A stretch of DNA of 64,000 bases from Candidatus Hydrogenedentota bacterium (GCA_045863295.1 BTWA01000025.1:1-64000), one strand, 5' to 3'. Positions 29,258 through 40,041 are shown, numbered from the stretch's first letter. Numbers and translations: made by a program. Notes: generated by a model from the letters alone, not told the origin.

Positions 29258-30700
29258 ATGAAACGTCTTTGTGTGTTGCTTGCCCTGGCATTGCTAGTTC
29301 CCCTGGTCATGGCTGAACCGGTTGACGTCGATAAATTACTTGGGGAGCAGTGGTATGGGGTCTATATGAACGGCAAGAAGTCTGGCTACGGGACGCGAAC
29401 GCTCAAAAAGGACGAGCAGGAAAATGTGTTTGTTGAATCGGATGTGCATTTTCAAATCTCCATGAACAGCATCAAGCAGGACATGCGGATTTTCTCCAGC
29501 CAGAAGTTCGACCCCCAAGGGCAACTTGTGGAGATCAACTCAGTTCTTCACGACCAGGCCGGGGACACGCAGTTCAAGGGCGTAATGACGGGTACTGAAA
29601 TGCTTTTTTCTGCCACCGTTGCCGGCCAGACGATTCAGGAGCGCCTGCCACGTCCGAAAGAAACCTTGGATGATGTATTGCGGACCGTCGAGTTAGTTCA
29701 AGGTAATGCCAAGGTGGGTGACAAACTTAGCTACACATCCTACGATTTGGTCTTAAAGACCGAAGTCAATGCCACATGCGAAATTGTGGGTATTGAGGAG
29801 CGGCTGGCCGGGGGCGTTCCCGTGCGGGTCTTTAAGATTCGATCGATCGACGATGTGATGAATTTGGAGCAAACCACGTATATCACGGCGGAAGGCGTGG
29901 TGTTGGAAGATGTGGTTGCGCAAATCATGACCATGCGACTCGAGCCCATGGAAGTGGCCAAGGATGTGGACTACAGCAACGACACGGTCGTGTCGAATGC
30001 CGCCTTTGTGGACGACCCCATCCAGAACCCCCGTGAGCGCGAAATACTCACCTTGCGAATAATGGGTCCTTTGTTGCAAGAGCACCTGTTTCAAGATGAT
30101 CGGCAGCAATTCACACCCGACGGCGACAGCTACATGTTTACGGCCAAACGGGTCTCCATGGATGGCGTGGATGCACCGGATTTGCCCATTTCCGATACCA
30201 GCGTGGCCGAGTGGCTTACACCCACGACATTCGTGCAAAGCGACAATCCATCGATCATCAATAAGGCGAGGGAAATTGTGGGTGACGAGAAGGACAGTTA
30301 CGCCGCAGCGAGAAAGATATGCGATTGGGTGTCGGATAACCTTCGAAGTACGTTTTCCGCGCGTATGACCAATGCCGCCGAGGTGCTTGAAAGTCTCGAA
30401 GGCGATTGCACCGAGCACAGCGTGCTCTTTATCGCCCTGGCACGGGCGGCAGGCATTCCCGCGCGTGAGGTCGCGGGTTTGATTTACATGGATAACGGGA
30501 GCGAACCCGGTTTTTATTTTCATCAATGGGCGAAAGTCTGGGCGGGCAAATGGATTGATATGGACCCGACTTGGGACCAGCCTTTGGTCGATGCGACCCA
30601 CATTAAACTCGCCGAGGGCGATATTCGCGACCAGTTGAAGATCATTCCGCTTATTGGCCAGATTCGGATTGTAGTTGTAGAAGAAGGTACCCCGCGCTAA
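29258..30700 (+). CDS. Secreted transglutaminase-like domain protein
   Basis: Signal peptide; catalytic triad GDCTEH, FHQW, MDPT. Confidence 0.88.
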   Translation: MKRLCVLLALALLVPLVMAEPVDVDKLLGEQWYGVYMNGKKSGYGTRTLKKDEQENVFVESDVHFQISMNSIKQDMRIFSSQKFDPQGQLVEINSVLHDQAGDTQFKGVMTGTEMLFSATVAGQTIQERLPRPKETLDDVLRTVELVQGNAKVGDKLSYTSYDLVLKTEVNATCEIVGIEERLAGGVPVRVFKIRSIDDVMNLEQTTYITAEGVVLEDVVAQIMTMRLEPMEVAKDVDYSNDTVVSNAAFVDDPIQNPREREILTLRIMGPLLQEHLFQDDRQQFTPDGDSYMFTAKRVSMDGVDAPDLPISDTSVAEWLTPTTFVQSDNPSIINKAREIVGDEKDSYAAARKICDWVSDNLRSTFSARMTNAAEVLESLEGDCTEHSVLFIALARAAGIPAREVAGLIYMDNGSEPGFYFHQWAKVWAGKWIDMDPTWDQPLVDATHIKLAEGDIRDQLKIIPLIGQIRIVVVEEGTPR

Positions 30701-30709
30701 GATGGAGGT

Positions 30710-33700
30710 ATGTCCGAGCATTCCCCTACAACCCACAAGCTATTCTGGAAGCGCCGCTATATCTATATTCCAACCCTCTCGCTTCTCGTACTACTTATTG
30801 CCTCGTTTTTCGACGCACCACGCCGCTATTTGGTAACGACGTTTGCAAGCCGCTTTCTGCACGCAGACGTGAGGGCCTCCGGAATTGGACTTTCCGGCGA
30901 GTTCAGCGTAGAGCGTTTGTCCATACAGGACAGGGCAGAAAACCCAATAGACGCGCTGGAACCTATGATAGACGTCAGCCGAGTCTCCGCCGACTATCGA
31001 CTTTTACCCGAAGACGGCCGTTACCTGCAGTCGCTGCAAATAGACGAGATTGTACTGCGAATTCTCCAGGCCGCGGCGAGCCAGACGAACTATTCGTTTG
31101 TAAAGGATGTACTGTCACAACCGTCGTCCGGAAGAGACGTCACACCGTTTCTGCCGAAATCAACAGACATCGCCCATATAGACGCGCGGTTTGTTTCGCC
31201 CTATGCGGCGGTTCATCTCAGCGGCCTTTCACTTTCCGGCTCGGTTCAGTCAATGGAGAATATGCGCTGGACTCTCTCCGGATCCCGGTTCACCGGCGAG
31301 TCGTCTTTTCTGGGAGATGTTCCTCATGTGTTTGAGGACGGACGTGTGCTTGTCGAAATCTCGCGCGACGGGAACGTATTTGAACTGAATCCCGTCTCGA
31401 TTCAAGTGCCAGGTATGACTGAGTTCGAGGGAATGGCTGAGGTGAGGACGGAGGATGATCGAACGGTCATACACGTGGACGTGCCTCAAGGCCGGGTCGA
31501 CGGCGCATTTGTCAGCGCAGTTGCGCCCGCATTACTGCCTGTTCCCATTCGCATGACTGAATTGGATCTCACCGATACTCAAATATCCGGCACACTCGGA
31601 ACCGCTGCATTCGGCGACTGGGAGGGCCGCGTGCAGATGAATGCCTCCGGTTTTGCCGTCGGCGCCCCAGGGGCGGTGTGGTTCGAAGGCGATCTTGCGT
31701 TAGATGGAATCGTGAAACCGGGTGGCGAATTCGATGTAACCGCGTTGGTAAACGGCAGCAAGCCGATTCGGGCAACCGGTTCATTCGAGGGTGGAGCGCT
31801 GGAAACAGCTATTGAAACCGGCCTATGGCAACAGGCGGAATGGGAAGCTGTCATTCCCGGCAATCTGTTGGCGTCGATTCAGTCATACACCACTATTGAC
31901 ACGATCAGCGCGACGGCGAATGTATATACGGATGGCCGAGAATTCCGAATTCAGAGTCAGATACTACCCGAATTTGAGTACGACCATGGGCGCATGCCGG
32001 TCCGCGTCGACCTGAACGGAGAGGGAAACGTCGGAGGCGAGAGTGGGGACTTTTCGGGGTCGGTCGCTATGGAACTCAACGATGGGGTCTTGGATCTTCA
32101 CTTCCGTTCCGTTGCTCCTGACGCATTGTCTGTAACCGGTCGCTTCGATGTGATCGATCCTCATATGTTCGCCTCTCTGTTCAGGCCGGAATGGGCTGCG
32201 CACTTCCCACACGGAGCACTCAGCGGTAATGCTGACGCTACTGTTGGGGCAGGACTTGTGGCAAGTGCGGATCTGCAATTCTTACGGGCCGCATCAGAAT
32301 ACAAAGTAAACGCACATGTTGAGCTGGCATCCGATAAATTATCTTCATCGGAGTTGATTGCCGAAGGCTTTTTAGCCACAAGCGACTCAGGCCGGGCAGA
32401 ATTTGAAAGCAAAAGGGACCCGGAATCCAGAAGTATTCAGGCAGCCATAAACTTGTCAGACTTTGATGTCGCGGTTGCGCTGAATGCATTGGGATTGGGT
32501 GTGTCCGGCCTCAATGCGGCGGTGGCAAGTGGTGTGATAAAGGTTGGCCATGCCTCAAATGGCACCGATATCGATGTGAATCTGTCTCCGTCGGACGTAC
32601 GTTACGAAACATGGTCCATCGCGAATGTCGATCCGTTTACTTTGCAGGCGAGTATACAGTTGCCAGAGCAATTGGATGCTGTCCAGATTCGGGCCGCAAA
32701 CCTCACCATTTCCGAAGCCGTTGTTCTGAATATTTCGAGCGGGCATGTTGGACTGGGGAATCCGTCATACGGCGGCCAATACTCCGGCCGGATTGACTTC
32801 GACGTCTTAAACGGCCTAATCGAACCTACCGGTGCGGTGGGCGCCTTGATGTTTGACATTCCATTGACCCAGGCCGGATCAAGGTTGGCATCCAAGGTGC
32901 GATTGGAGGGAGACGGATTTGGATATGGCCGCTGGGCTGGCGCGTATGGAAAACCGCTCATTGTTCAGGCAGAGACCTTATATGATCTGGATTCGAAATC
33001 CGGCAAAGCGGAAACTGTATCCGTCGTGTATGGGGACAGTACACAAGTTGACTTGGATGCTTTCCAGTGGGCGACGGACCCGTTAGGGTTTTCTTCCACG
33101 TTCACGATCGACACATCGCTTAACCTACTGGAAGATTTACGCGTGCTCAACAAAGCCGATGGCATTGGGAAATGGTCCGGTGAAGTTGCCTGGAAGAACA
33201 ATGCGCTCCAAGTGACGGCCCGCGGCGTGGCGACGGCGCCGGTCGCGGTATTGCCCAATGACTATGCCGCCCTCGGTGGCCTGTCAATGGAAGGGAACAT
33301 GATTTGGCAGGATACTCTCAGCGGTGAAGGGCGTTTCGCCATTGCCAACGTGGCCGCCGCCGGAGCGGTAATACACGAACTCTCAGGTACGTTTGAGGTG
33401 CAAGGCGGCATCATGAACGTTATTGTCACGGGTGGCACACTCTATGGTGGCGTCATATCCGGCACCGCGCAGGTTGACTTAGTGGGGGAAAATCGCGAAG
33501 GCCGCATGGCGCTGGATTTTGACGGAGTGGACTTGGACCAGTTCACCCGGGAATACGAACCGCCTCAGGTCGTTCTCACAGGTCTCGCCAATGGTAAGGT
33601 ACAGATCCAGTGGGATCGCGCGGGGATGACCAAGTTCCATGCGGTGCTCAAATCCACCGAGGGCTTTACCATGGACAAAGCAACGATTGATACGCTCCTG

Positions 33701-34006
33701 GTAACTACGGTCATGCAGGAGACCCGGGGCCTGCGCTTCCTGACCAAAGGGTTGCGTAAAGACGCCATTGGCGATGAGCCGCAGCGGCCATTCGACAGCG
33801 CTTCCATGGTCATCGATCTTACCGGAGATAGCCCGGAAACACACAGGCTTGAGGGTCCCGTCAAGATGCTCAGTAAAGGACTCGACCTGACCATCGACCT
33901 GGGAGTGGATATAGGTGCGATTTACGCCGGCCTGGAACTTCGACAGGAGGCACAACTCGATCAGATCGACACCATCACCGCCGACCCGCTACAATGGGGT
34001 GAATAA
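30710..34006 (+). CDS. AsmA-like / YdbH-like intermembrane lipid transport protein
   Basis: N-terminal TM anchor, long amphipathic beta-strand repeats, adjacent to a YnbE/YdbL-like gene. Confidence 0.65.
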   Translation: MSEHSPTTHKLFWKRRYIYIPTLSLLVLLIASFFDAPRRYLVTTFASRFLHADVRASGIGLSGEFSVERLSIQDRAENPIDALEPMIDVSRVSADYRLLPEDGRYLQSLQIDEIVLRILQAAASQTNYSFVKDVLSQPSSGRDVTPFLPKSTDIAHIDARFVSPYAAVHLSGLSLSGSVQSMENMRWTLSGSRFTGESSFLGDVPHVFEDGRVLVEISRDGNVFELNPVSIQVPGMTEFEGMAEVRTEDDRTVIHVDVPQGRVDGAFVSAVAPALLPVPIRMTELDLTDTQISGTLGTAAFGDWEGRVQMNASGFAVGAPGAVWFEGDLALDGIVKPGGEFDVTALVNGSKPIRATGSFEGGALETAIETGLWQQAEWEAVIPGNLLASIQSYTTIDTISATANVYTDGREFRIQSQILPEFEYDHGRMPVRVDLNGEGNVGGESGDFSGSVAMELNDGVLDLHFRSVAPDALSVTGRFDVIDPHMFASLFRPEWAAHFPHGALSGNADATVGAGLVASADLQFLRAASEYKVNAHVELASDKLSSSELIAEGFLATSDSGRAEFESKRDPESRSIQAAINLSDFDVAVALNALGLGVSGLNAAVASGVIKVGHASNGTDIDVNLSPSDVRYETWSIANVDPFTLQASIQLPEQLDAVQIRAANLTISEAVVLNISSGHVGLGNPSYGGQYSGRIDFDVLNGLIEPTGAVGALMFDIPLTQAGSRLASKVRLEGDGFGYGRWAGAYGKPLIVQAETLYDLDSKSGKAETVSVVYGDSTQVDLDAFQWATDPLGFSSTFTIDTSLNLLEDLRVLNKADGIGKWSGEVAWKNNALQVTARGVATAPVAVLPNDYAALGGLSMEGNMIWQDTLSGEGRFAIANVAAAGAVIHELSGTFEVQGGIMNVIVTGGTLYGGVISGTAQVDLVGENREGRMALDFDGVDLDQFTREYEPPQVVLTGLANGKVQIQWDRAGMTKFHAVLKSTEGFTMDKATIDTLLVTTVMQETRGLRFLTKGLRKDAIGDEPQRPFDSASMVIDLTGDSPETHRLEGPVKMLSKGLDLTIDLGVDIGAIYAGLELRQEAQLDQIDTITADPLQWGE

Positions 34007-34053
34007 AGCCGCGGCCGTTCGCGTCCGTATGTGTGGGAAATGGAGGACAGGTC

Positions 34054-34746
34054 ATGAAACGCGTATCCGGAGCTCTTTTTGTCGCCATACTTTTTATCGG
34101 ATTTGGATGTGTCATTCGCACGGAGCACAAGATCGACGCCCATATTACCGTTGACATTCGCCACATTGAGCAGCAGGCTGATGAAATCCTTGACTTTATC
34201 GAGGGCAAGTCGGAGACACTGCCCACCGAAGAAGCGGCGCCCCAGTCGTCAATTCGGCCCTTGATTCGGCAGGCCTGCGATTTTCTGTCTTCCGTGACAA
34301 CAGCGCATGCTCAGGAGCTCAAGTCCTCCACTACCCCGCGGATGAAAGAACTGGCCACCAAGATGAAGGATCGCCAACCTCAAATTGACGCGCTTAAGAA
34401 ATCGAAGAGCGTAGGCGAAAGCAACCGAGGCTATCTCGCCCTTCGCGACAGCGACGAGATGAAGGACACGGAGAAGAAGAACGCGGCGCAAAAGCTTATC
34501 ACGGAAGAAAACGCCGACCGTAAGGCACTCTATCAGGAAATCGCGCGCGACAACTCGGATCAAGCCTCGGTAACCCTAGCCACCGTAGAGCGGATTTACG
34601 CTCAGCGCAGACTGGAACGCGCCGCCGCTGGAGATATTTTTCAACTTCCGCCCGCCGGCAAGGACTTCGATGATTTCGCGGCCTCCGCCACTGGCAAGAA
34701 ACTCGGCGATGAATGCAAGGCCGAGGCGTGGGTGGAGATAAAGTAG
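34054..34746 (+). CDS. Lipoprotein with YnbE-like N-terminus and YdbL (DUF1318) domain
   Basis: Lipobox GFGC; HKIDAHITVDI; GESNRGYL and ENADRKALYQEIA. Confidence 0.78.
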   Translation: MKRVSGALFVAILFIGFGCVIRTEHKIDAHITVDIRHIEQQADEILDFIEGKSETLPTEEAAPQSSIRPLIRQACDFLSSVTTAHAQELKSSTTPRMKELATKMKDRQPQIDALKKSKSVGESNRGYLALRDSDEMKDTEKKNAAQKLITEENADRKALYQEIARDNSDQASVTLATVERIYAQRRLERAAAGDIFQLPPAGKDFDDFAASATGKKLGDECKAEAWVEIK

Positions 34747-34771
34747 AAATTCAGAGGCATCCGCGAGCTTA

Positions 34772-34803
34772 AGCAGGTCCCATGGTTATCCGTGGGACCT
34801 GCT
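34772..34803. terminator. Hairpin between convergent genes
   Basis: AGCAGGTCCCATGG / CCGTGGGACCTGCT stem. Confidence 0.7.
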
Positions 34804-34884
34804 CTGAATTAATGCGGCATTCGATTTTCCGGGTTGGGTTGCGAAGCCACGATTAAAGAGCGGATCTAATACGCAATGGCGCCG

Positions 34885-36030
34885 TTACAGCCCTGGCACA
34901 TCCACCCACTTCCTATCCCTAGCTGATGCATAGCCCAGTTCCGCAAGCTGAACGCCTTTGGCGGCCTCTTTCAAGTCCCATGGGAAAGGAGTGTCCTTTA
35001 CGACGTGCTTCAGGAATAGCTCCCACTGCGCCTTGAACGCGTTATCGTACGCGGCATTGGGCGGCATTTTCTCCCATGCCGCGAAATAGTCAAGGGGACT
35101 GTCGATATCAGGATTCCATACAGGACGGGGCGTGGCCGCATCGGGCTGTATCCAACAGTGGCGCAACCCGGCGACGGCGGAGCCGTTTGTGCCGTCGACT
35201 TGCAACGTCAGTAAATCGTCACGGCGAACTCGCACGCACCACGACGAATTGAAGTGGCACACGATGTCTCGGTCCGTAATAAAGGTGGCATAGCATGAAT
35301 CATCGGTGTCGCATACATACTTCTGATGTTTTTCATCCCATCGATGTGGAATGTGCGTCGCCGTGTGGCATGTCAGGTTTTTGACGTTTCCAAATAGATT
35401 GTCGATCACGTAGCGCCAATGGCACAGCATGTCGAGCACGATGCCGCCTCCGTCGGCCTGGCGGTAATTCCATGAGGGGCGTTGCGCCGGCTGGTGCTCC
35501 CCGGTGAATACCCAATAGCCGAACTCGCCTCGCACGGATAAAATGCGCCCGAAATAGCCTGTGTCGATCAAGTACTTCAGCTTCAACAACCCTGGCAACC
35601 ACAGCTTGTCCTGTACTACGCCGTGCTTGATGCCTGCAGACTTGGCGAGTGTATACAGTTCCATGGCCTCGGCCGATGTGGAGGCCACGGGCTTTTCGCA
35701 GTAGACATGCTTACCCGCCGCTATCGCTAGTTTCGTCATGTCGTACCGAAGATTCGTGGCGAGCGCATCAAAATAGACGGGGTAGTGCGCGTCGTTCAGA
35801 ACCCCGCTCACGTCGGTTGTGTAATTCAAATCGCCGTGTGCTGCCGACAAGGCGGACAACTTGGCCTCGTTACGACCCACGAGGACTGGGTCCGGCATTA
35901 TGGTCTCGCTTTCGCTCATCCGTACGCCGCCTTGCGATCGAATCGCCAGGATGGATCGAATTAAATGTTGATTGCAGCTCATCCGGCCGGTCACGCCGTT
36001 CATGATGACGCCTACAGTATGTGTTTTCAT
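34885..36030 (-). CDS. Gfo/Idh/MocA family oxidoreductase
   Basis: NGVTGRM, KHVYCEKP, GGGIVLDMLCH. Confidence 0.92.
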   Translation of the reverse strand: MKTHTVGVIMNGVTGRMSCNQHLIRSILAIRSQGGVRMSESETIMPDPVLVGRNEAKLSALSAAHGDLNYTTDVSGVLNDAHYPVYFDALATNLRYDMTKLAIAAGKHVYCEKPVASTSAEAMELYTLAKSAGIKHGVVQDKLWLPGLLKLKYLIDTGYFGRILSVRGEFGYWVFTGEHQPAQRPSWNYRQADGGGIVLDMLCHWRYVIDNLFGNVKNLTCHTATHIPHRWDEKHQKYVCDTDDSCYATFITDRDIVCHFNSSWCVRVRRDDLLTLQVDGTNGSAVAGLRHCWIQPDAATPRPVWNPDIDSPLDYFAAWEKMPPNAAYDNAFKAQWELFLKHVVKDTPFPWDLKEAAKGVQLAELGYASARDRKWVDVPGL

Positions 36031-36064
36031 GGAACCCCCGGAGAGAATAGCGAGAGCAATGGAT

Positions 36065-36445
36065 TCAGGACGCCACCAACAAGAATAGGTATGTGCCTAC
36101 CGATACGCCGGCCGCCGCCGCGGTTGCCATATACAGACGCGCAAGGGGATCAACGTCCAGGTTGTCGCGGTTAAATTCCGACCGTGCAATCACAAACAGG
36201 ACCATCGCAATCCAGGTAGCTCCTGAAGCTATCAATAACGGAGCAATACCCCGTGCAAAAAGACCGGCTGCGATAACGGCTATACCGGGCAGAATCAGCC
36301 AAATACGTTTTTCCGAAGCCGAGGCCGATTTTTCAATTGCAGCCGATGCAAACGGATCCGCGCTTTTGGTTTCCTGTGGGGGATTCGAAGGGGCAAGGTT
36401 CTTCGGATCCATTTTGTCCTTCTGGTCTTTGTATTTCTTGCTCAT
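36065..36445 (-). CDS. Hypothetical membrane protein (3 TM)
   Basis: Charged N-terminus then hydrophobic helices; fills gap in same-strand gene run. Confidence 0.6.
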   Translation of the reverse strand: MSKKYKDQKDKMDPKNLAPSNPPQETKSADPFASAAIEKSASASEKRIWLILPGIAVIAAGLFARGIAPLLIASGATWIAMVLFVIARSEFNRDNLDVDPLARLYMATAAAAGVSVGTYLFLLVAS

Positions 36446-36515
36446 TTCCCGAAATCCGCGCCTTTTCGCAACGTACCACCACTATACCGAATAGGATTGG
36501 TTCTTGTCACTTGTA

Positions 36516-37889
36516 CTAACTGGGCAAGTGAAAGGCAAGGTAGGGCTCTTCTTTCGCAAGCCGCTTCAAGTATACCGCCAGTTCCATGGCGTGGTAGTCT
36601 CCCCACATTGACGACTCTCCTTGCGGTACGCTCTTGTCCTTGGGAACGTAGTCCCATCCGTTGGGACGGTGGTACACCGAATGCAAGATGAGCCCTTGGT
36701 GGCGGGAATCTTCCGACAAGTAGGGCCGGCTGAACAATGTGCGAGCCACGGTCAGGCCAGCTTGAAAGTACTTCTTGCCCTTCCCTTGCGGATCGAGCAG
36801 CATCCCCAAACGCAACAGCCCTTGTGCGGCAATTGCGGCAGCCGAACTGTCCACGGGTTCGAAAGGATTGTCGACTTCCGCCGGACGGTTCAAATAATCG
36901 CCTAGTTGCGCGAGACCCGGTGCGCCAGTGTCCCAATAGGGGATGCCATCAGCCGGCGTATTCTCGATATAGAAATCCGCAGTGGCCAGCGCGGGCTTCA
37001 GGAGTCCCGGCTCGAGGTGTTTCATGCCACCGACAGATTCCAATTCCCGCTTGTCCAATGATCTCAAGCACTCGATCATTTCGGGAAAACCGAGTACGAT
37101 CCAGGCCAAGCCGCGGGTCCAGGTTGTGAACGGCGAATAGCCCTGCTGCGTGCTCGGGCAACGGTAACGGCCGTCTTTCGTATTGAAAATGCTCTCGTGC
37201 ACGACCCTCCCGCGTACATCATATGCGTCCCGCCGGTCGCCAAAATAGACGTTGTATTTGGATGTGTTCAGCGCGTGCTCAAGGGCGCGGCCCAAAAGCG
37301 AAATGCGAAGGTCGTTTTCGCTCATGAGGCAATGGCCCAGCCGATGTGCGAGGAGCAGCGCCCGGCAAGACCGAATTGTATCGCTGAATAGCGAATGCGG
37401 TCCGTTGAAGGAATGGATAAAACCAGTGCCGTCGTGCAATGTGGTCCACCGTGCCGCCTGAATCGCGCCGGATGTTTTCAACGCCATGTCGTAAAAGGCA
37501 ATCGCTTCTTCGGCTTCCACCGACTTGCCTTCCAACGCCAAACGCCGAAGGTTGCCATACGTGGAAACGTTGTTGAACCCATGGTCATGCACACCCACAT
37601 GGCTCACGTGTGTTGCCATGTGCTCGAAAGTGTTATTGCGGCCCATGGCGAGAAACGATTCGGCACCCGTGGCATCAAACTGAAGGATTTGACAACCATA
37701 TTGAAATCCCTGGGTCCATTCGGTCCAACCCCGCGTCGCATAGTTGCCCTCGCGAGTGAATACAGGAGTCCCCTTGTCCGTATTCCAGGTTCGATTCAGC
37801 GATTCAATCTTTCCGGCGGACAATTCAAAAAAATGGTCGAGGGAGGGCAAGAGAGTCGCGGGCGAAAGGGTAGTGTCAGTGACTAGCAT
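36516..37889 (-). CDS. GH88-like (unsaturated glucuronyl hydrolase-like) glycoside hydrolase
   Basis: WTQGF, HDHGF, WTRGLAW, PYWD, DSSAAAI, WGDY. Confidence 0.82.
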   Translation of the reverse strand: MLVTDTTLSPATLLPSLDHFFELSAGKIESLNRTWNTDKGTPVFTREGNYATRGWTEWTQGFQYGCQILQFDATGAESFLAMGRNNTFEHMATHVSHVGVHDHGFNNVSTYGNLRRLALEGKSVEAEEAIAFYDMALKTSGAIQAARWTTLHDGTGFIHSFNGPHSLFSDTIRSCRALLLAHRLGHCLMSENDLRISLLGRALEHALNTSKYNVYFGDRRDAYDVRGRVVHESIFNTKDGRYRCPSTQQGYSPFTTWTRGLAWIVLGFPEMIECLRSLDKRELESVGGMKHLEPGLLKPALATADFYIENTPADGIPYWDTGAPGLAQLGDYLNRPAEVDNPFEPVDSSAAAIAAQGLLRLGMLLDPQGKGKKYFQAGLTVARTLFSRPYLSEDSRHQGLILHSVYHRPNGWDYVPKDKSVPQGESSMWGDYHAMELAVYLKRLAKEEPYLAFHLPS

Positions 37890-37910
37890 GGAAATCCCCG
37901 AGGTTGAAAC

Positions 37911-38882
37911 TTATTCCGGCAACGGCAAGTACTTTTTCAAGAACCGTTGCATGATAAAAAGGCAGCGATCGTTGACGGGCTTGGCTATATCCATGGAATG
38001 GGGCCAGCCCTCCACGCGGTCGTAATAGTTTGGGACGCCCAATTCGTCGAGTTTCCTATGCAACGTATCCGCTTGCTCGATGGGCACCAATTCGTCAATT
38101 GTACCGTGAAAAGTCAAGGTAGGCGGGTCGTCCGCTGAAAGGTGATGTAGAGGCGAGGCCATGTTGTACGCCTCGGGATCTGCCTCATAGTCTTTGCCAA
38201 TAAAATCGGTGACCTCTTTCGCTTCCCGAGCGTATGACGTTGCACAATCCACCACGCCGTAGAGATTGATAATTGCTTGCACCCGCGTGTCGATGCCATT
38301 GGGCGCATCGGGACACTCCAATAACGGTTCCTGTGCGTACCCAGCCATTAGGGTTAGATGCCCGCCAGCCGATCCCCCCAACACGCCGAGATGTTTGGGA
38401 TCGATGTGGTAGGTGTCTGCGTTCTTTCGCAGCCATGCAATTGCGTGCTTCACATCGTGTACCGCATCCGGAAAATGGTGCTTGGGAGATAGCCGGTATT
38501 GTACGGCCGCTGTGACGTAACCAAGCTTGGCCAGTTCCACGTTGTAGAAATGGCAATCGTTCCGGTTTCCCATGCGCCAACCGCCACCATGAATCAGCAG
38601 TAGGCCAGGCACTGGCTTCGTCGCGGACTTAGGCACAAAGACGTCGATTTTTAATTCTTCGCCACCGTGTGTCGCATACACGACGTCCAAGGAAACCTCA
38701 ATTTCATCCGGAAACGTCGTAGGCTTCTTTATCGCCGGAATCTTTCCCGAATACACGGCGGTTTGGGCTTCGAGGTATGAGGTGAAACCCGGTGGTACCG
38801 GAGGGGCGCCTTCAAATAAGTCAGGAGGATTCGCGAATACAGTCGGGACAAGAACAAACGCGAGCAAGTGCATGATGCGCAT
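37911..38882 (-). CDS. Secreted alpha/beta hydrolase (HSL/BD-FAE-like esterase)
   Basis: HGGGW, GGSAGG, HGTIDELVP, catalytic His near C-terminus. Confidence 0.9.
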   Translation of the reverse strand: MRIMHLLAFVLVPTVFANPPDLFEGAPPVPPGFTSYLEAQTAVYSGKIPAIKKPTTFPDEIEVSLDVVYATHGGEELKIDVFVPKSATKPVPGLLLIHGGGWRMGNRNDCHFYNVELAKLGYVTAAVQYRLSPKHHFPDAVHDVKHAIAWLRKNADTYHIDPKHLGVLGGSAGGHLTLMAGYAQEPLLECPDAPNGIDTRVQAIINLYGVVDCATSYAREAKEVTDFIGKDYEADPEAYNMASPLHHLSADDPPTLTFHGTIDELVPIEQADTLHRKLDELGVPNYYDRVEGWPHSMDIAKPVNDRCLFIMQRFLKKYLPLPE

Positions 38883-39093
38883 GGATGAGATCCTCCGAAC
38901 TTTCTAAAGAAGGGGAATTATAGCGTGGAAATGGCCCCGATTTCTTTTTTTATAGATCACAACGCATTTTGATCTCCAGAGAGGTACGTGTGACCAGCCA
39001 CCGTCGCACAGCGTTTAGAGCTTAGTTAAATCAATTATTTCCGGAACCAATCTGCGTGTTAACAGGTAATCTGCTGATATATCATTAGTCCGG

Positions 39094-40041
39094 TTAGCTG
39101 TTAATACTCGCCGATTCACCCTTGATTGGGCGGCGAGCCCAATACCCGGCGATTGCTGATCCCGTCATGTTGTGTACAACGCTGAATAGACTCGCGGGCA
39201 ATGCAGTTAGCGCGCTGTCAAAATGCGCTTTGGCCAAGGCCACGCCAAGTCCGCTGTTTTGCATGCCAACTTCTATGGCAATGGTACGCCGCGCAGTGAC
39301 CGGCAATCGAAACATCGTCGCCAACGCGTACCCTAATGCAAGGCCCGATATGTTGTGCACCACGACCAACAGGCCGGTCACACTCAGGTTGTTCACAATA
39401 TTGTCGCGTGACAAAGCCGTCACGCAGGCAATGACCAGCGCGACAACCAGCACCGATATCGCTGGAAACACTTCGAGAACAGCCCTTGTTTTCTCCCTCA
39501 ACCACCAACGTACGCCGAAACCCAGCGCCACCGGCACGAGTACGATTTGCACCAGACTCATGAACAGTCCCCATCGGTCCACCGGGAGATAGACCCCGCC
39601 GTACAGGCCAATCAACGCAGGGGTAAGTACGACGGCCATCAGTGTCGTGCAGGATGTCATCGTTACCGACAAGGCGACATCGGCCTTGGCAAGATATGAA
39701 ACCACGTTTGAAGCAGTGCCGCCCGGGCAGGACCCCACGATGATGAATCCCATGGCAATATCGGGCGGCAAACGAAATACCCAGGCAAGGAGTGCGGCAA
39801 CCAGCGGCATAATGAGAAATTGACCCAAAATGCCGCAGGCGACTGCTCGCGGCATGCGCAGCACGCGTTGAAAGTCCGCCGAGGTCAGAGTGATGCCCAT
39901 TCCGAACATGATGAGTCCAAGTCCGGGGGCAATCGCCGGCTGGAGGGCGGCAAATGGACGAGGAACGAAATACGCGGCGACTGCAAACAAGGCTACCCAG
40001 ACTACGAACCCGTTTGTCCAGAGTACGAGTACTTTGCGCAA
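39094..40041 (-). CDS. Bile acid:sodium symporter family transporter
   Basis: MFGMG, CPGGTASN, EVGMQNSGL. Confidence 0.93.
   Translation of the reverse strand: MRKVLVLWTNGFVVWVALFAVAAYFVPRPFAALQPAIAPGLGLIMFGMGITLTSADFQRVLRMPRAVACGILGQFLIMPLVAALLAWVFRLPPDIAMGFIIVGSCPGGTASNVVSYLAKADVALSVTMTSCTTLMAVVLTPALIGLYGGVYLPVDRWGLFMSLVQIVLVPVALGFGVRWWLREKTRAVLEVFPAISVLVVALVIACVTALSRDNIVNNLSVTGLLVVVHNISGLALGYALATMFRLPVTARRTIAIEVGMQNSGLGVALAKAHFDSALTALPASLFSVVHNMTGSAIAGYWARRPIKGESASINS

Noticed and set aside
29753..30736. 327-aa minus-strand ORF
   Set aside because: Antisense shadow of the transglutaminase-like gene
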